This document shows positions 5,723 through 6,641 of a stretch of 6,641 nt of DNA, one piece after another. The number at the start of each line of letters is the position of its first letter. Position 1 is the stretch's first letter. The DNA comes from Chlorokybus atmophyticus (Eukaryota > Plantae > Mesostigma and Chlorokybus algae), in the NCBI GenBank assembly GCA_009103225.1, contig RHPI01001480.1, positions 1 to 6,641 on the forward strand, in the 5' to 3' direction. The position numbers and the translations under genes were made by a program. The notes under the pieces are model-generated. The model worked only from the letters and a program-made list of their open reading frames with translations, had not been told where the DNA came from and made no database searches.

Positions 5723-6641
5723 ATGTCTAAGGAAATTTTAAGTAAAGAGATAGCGATATGGAAAGGAAAACCGAAAAAAGGATTAACTTTTGGAAAAAAT
5801 AAAAAAGCTGGGCGTAATAATCAAGGAAAAATAACGATTCGCCATAGAGGAGGGGGCCATAAAAGATTACAGCGAATTATTGATTTTAAAAGAAGTTACA
5901 CTGATATAAAAGAGGTTGGCAACGGTAAACAGTCTTTATTAAACACTTCTTTCTTAGATCAAATTAAATTACCAGGGGCGAAGCCTACCGAAGGTCGACC
6001 AGATGGGGGGGGGGAGCTTAAACTTAGTGCAGGGACTATTTCTCCTCTTTCGCAAACTGGAGAGTACCCACAACAGTCAGGTATTGTAGAAAGAATTGAA
6101 TATGACCCTAATCGTTCTAGCTGGATTGCATTAATTGGTCATCTTAATAAAGAAAAAACTAAATACCGAGTAGAAAATAGGAAAAGTTCTAATGAGGAAA
6201 CACTCTCACCAATTAAAGAGCAGTATGTCCAGTCTATGTCTTATATCTTAGCTTCTCATCAATTGAAAGCAGGGGATTTTGTAAGTTCTGGCCCTAATGT
6301 AGAAATACGGACAGGAAATGCTTTACCACTCATTAATATTCCATTAGGTACACTTGTTCATAACATAGAATTATATCCAGGAAGCGGGGGTCAAGTTGTT
6401 AGAGCAGCAGGTACTTCTGCACAACTTATAAAAAAGCATAACAAATATGCAATTCTTCGATTACCTTTTGCAGAACTAAAAAGTTTTCCTTTACAATGTA
6501 TGGCAACAATTGGTATCGTTTCTAATCTTAACCATTTTAATACAGATTCAAAAAAGGCAGGCGCCTCTCGCTGGTTAGGACGACGACCTACAGTAAGAGG
6601 TGTCGCTATGAACCCTATAGACCATCCACACGGTGGTGGTG
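5723..6641 (+). CDS. rpl2: Large-subunit ribosomal protein L2 (uL2), 5' part, runs off the window end
   Basis: Hand translation from ATG 5723 is open to the window end: [136 protein letters not shown]. It is absent from the ORF track because there is no stop codon in the window. Confidence 0.98.
   Translation, partial: MSKEILSKEIAIWKGKPKKGLTFGKNKKAGRNNQGKITIRHRGGGHKRLQRIIDFKRSYTDIKEVGNGKQSLLNTSFLDQIKLPGAKPTEGRPDGGGELKLSAGTISPLSQTGEYPQQSGIVERIEYDPNRSSWIALIGHLNKEKTKYRVENRKSSNEETLSPIKEQYVQSMSYILASHQLKAGDFVSSGPNVEIRTGNALPLINIPLGTLVHNIELYPGSGGQVVRAAGTSAQLIKKHNKYAILRLPFAELKSFPLQCMATIGIVSNLNHFNTDSKKAGASRWLGRRPTVRGVAMNPIDHPHGGG

Noticed and set aside
5718-5741. Out-of-frame upstream ATG giving a 7-codon uORF overlapping the rpl2 start
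   Set aside because: It is expected by chance in an A/T-rich leader, with no supporting evidence.
6467-6475. rpl2 LPFAE where LPS(G/K) is usual; U-to-C editing of TTT would restore Ser
   Set aside because: It is a single site in a divergent protein, other conserved residues need no editing, and editing is not expected in the inferred algal lineage.
1349-6641. Plastid or bacterial origin of the window (rpl16 starts MLSPKRT as in plastids)
   Set aside because: [27 protein letters not shown] and [11 protein letters not shown] fit plant-lineage mitochondrial proteins, and kilobase repeat-filled spacers in a broken operon are not bacterial.
6629-6641. Possible group II intron start near the rpl2 HPHGGG motif, near where I recall land-plant rpl2 having an intron
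   Set aside because: The window ends here, and the last bases are equally consistent with continued coding (GGG-E).

Overview
This window looks like a gene-poor, repeat-laden stretch of a mitochondrial genome. The inferred host is an early-diverging streptophyte green alga: rpl2, rpl14 and rpl16 occur together, rpl2 carries the plant-mitochondrial-type [11 protein letters not shown] motif, and the standard code reads all three genes without any evident need for RNA editing. Only about 27% is coding: rpl16 (1349-1783 +), rpl14 (2206-2586 +), a class II tRNA-Leu with the uncommon anticodon GAG (3738-3822 -) and a 3'-truncated rpl2 (5723 to window end, +). The ORF track missed rpl2 because it has no stop in the window. 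All other ORF-track calls look like antisense shadows or repeat-derived noise. The spacers are built from at least three interleaved short-repeat systems: (i) a degenerate 5-bp-period NAGTN satellite on both strands, including a higher-order 15-mer; (ii) a GATTAC/GTAATC hairpin and palindrome family, including a near-perfect 48-bp palindrome; (iii) TGCA/CTGCAG cores. I see no novel protein-coding system. The best leads are the bacterial-type trnL(gag), two in-frame expansions in rpl2, the scrambled S10/spc gene order, the repeat families and a candidate AAGTATATA leader motif. All counts are by hand and approximate.
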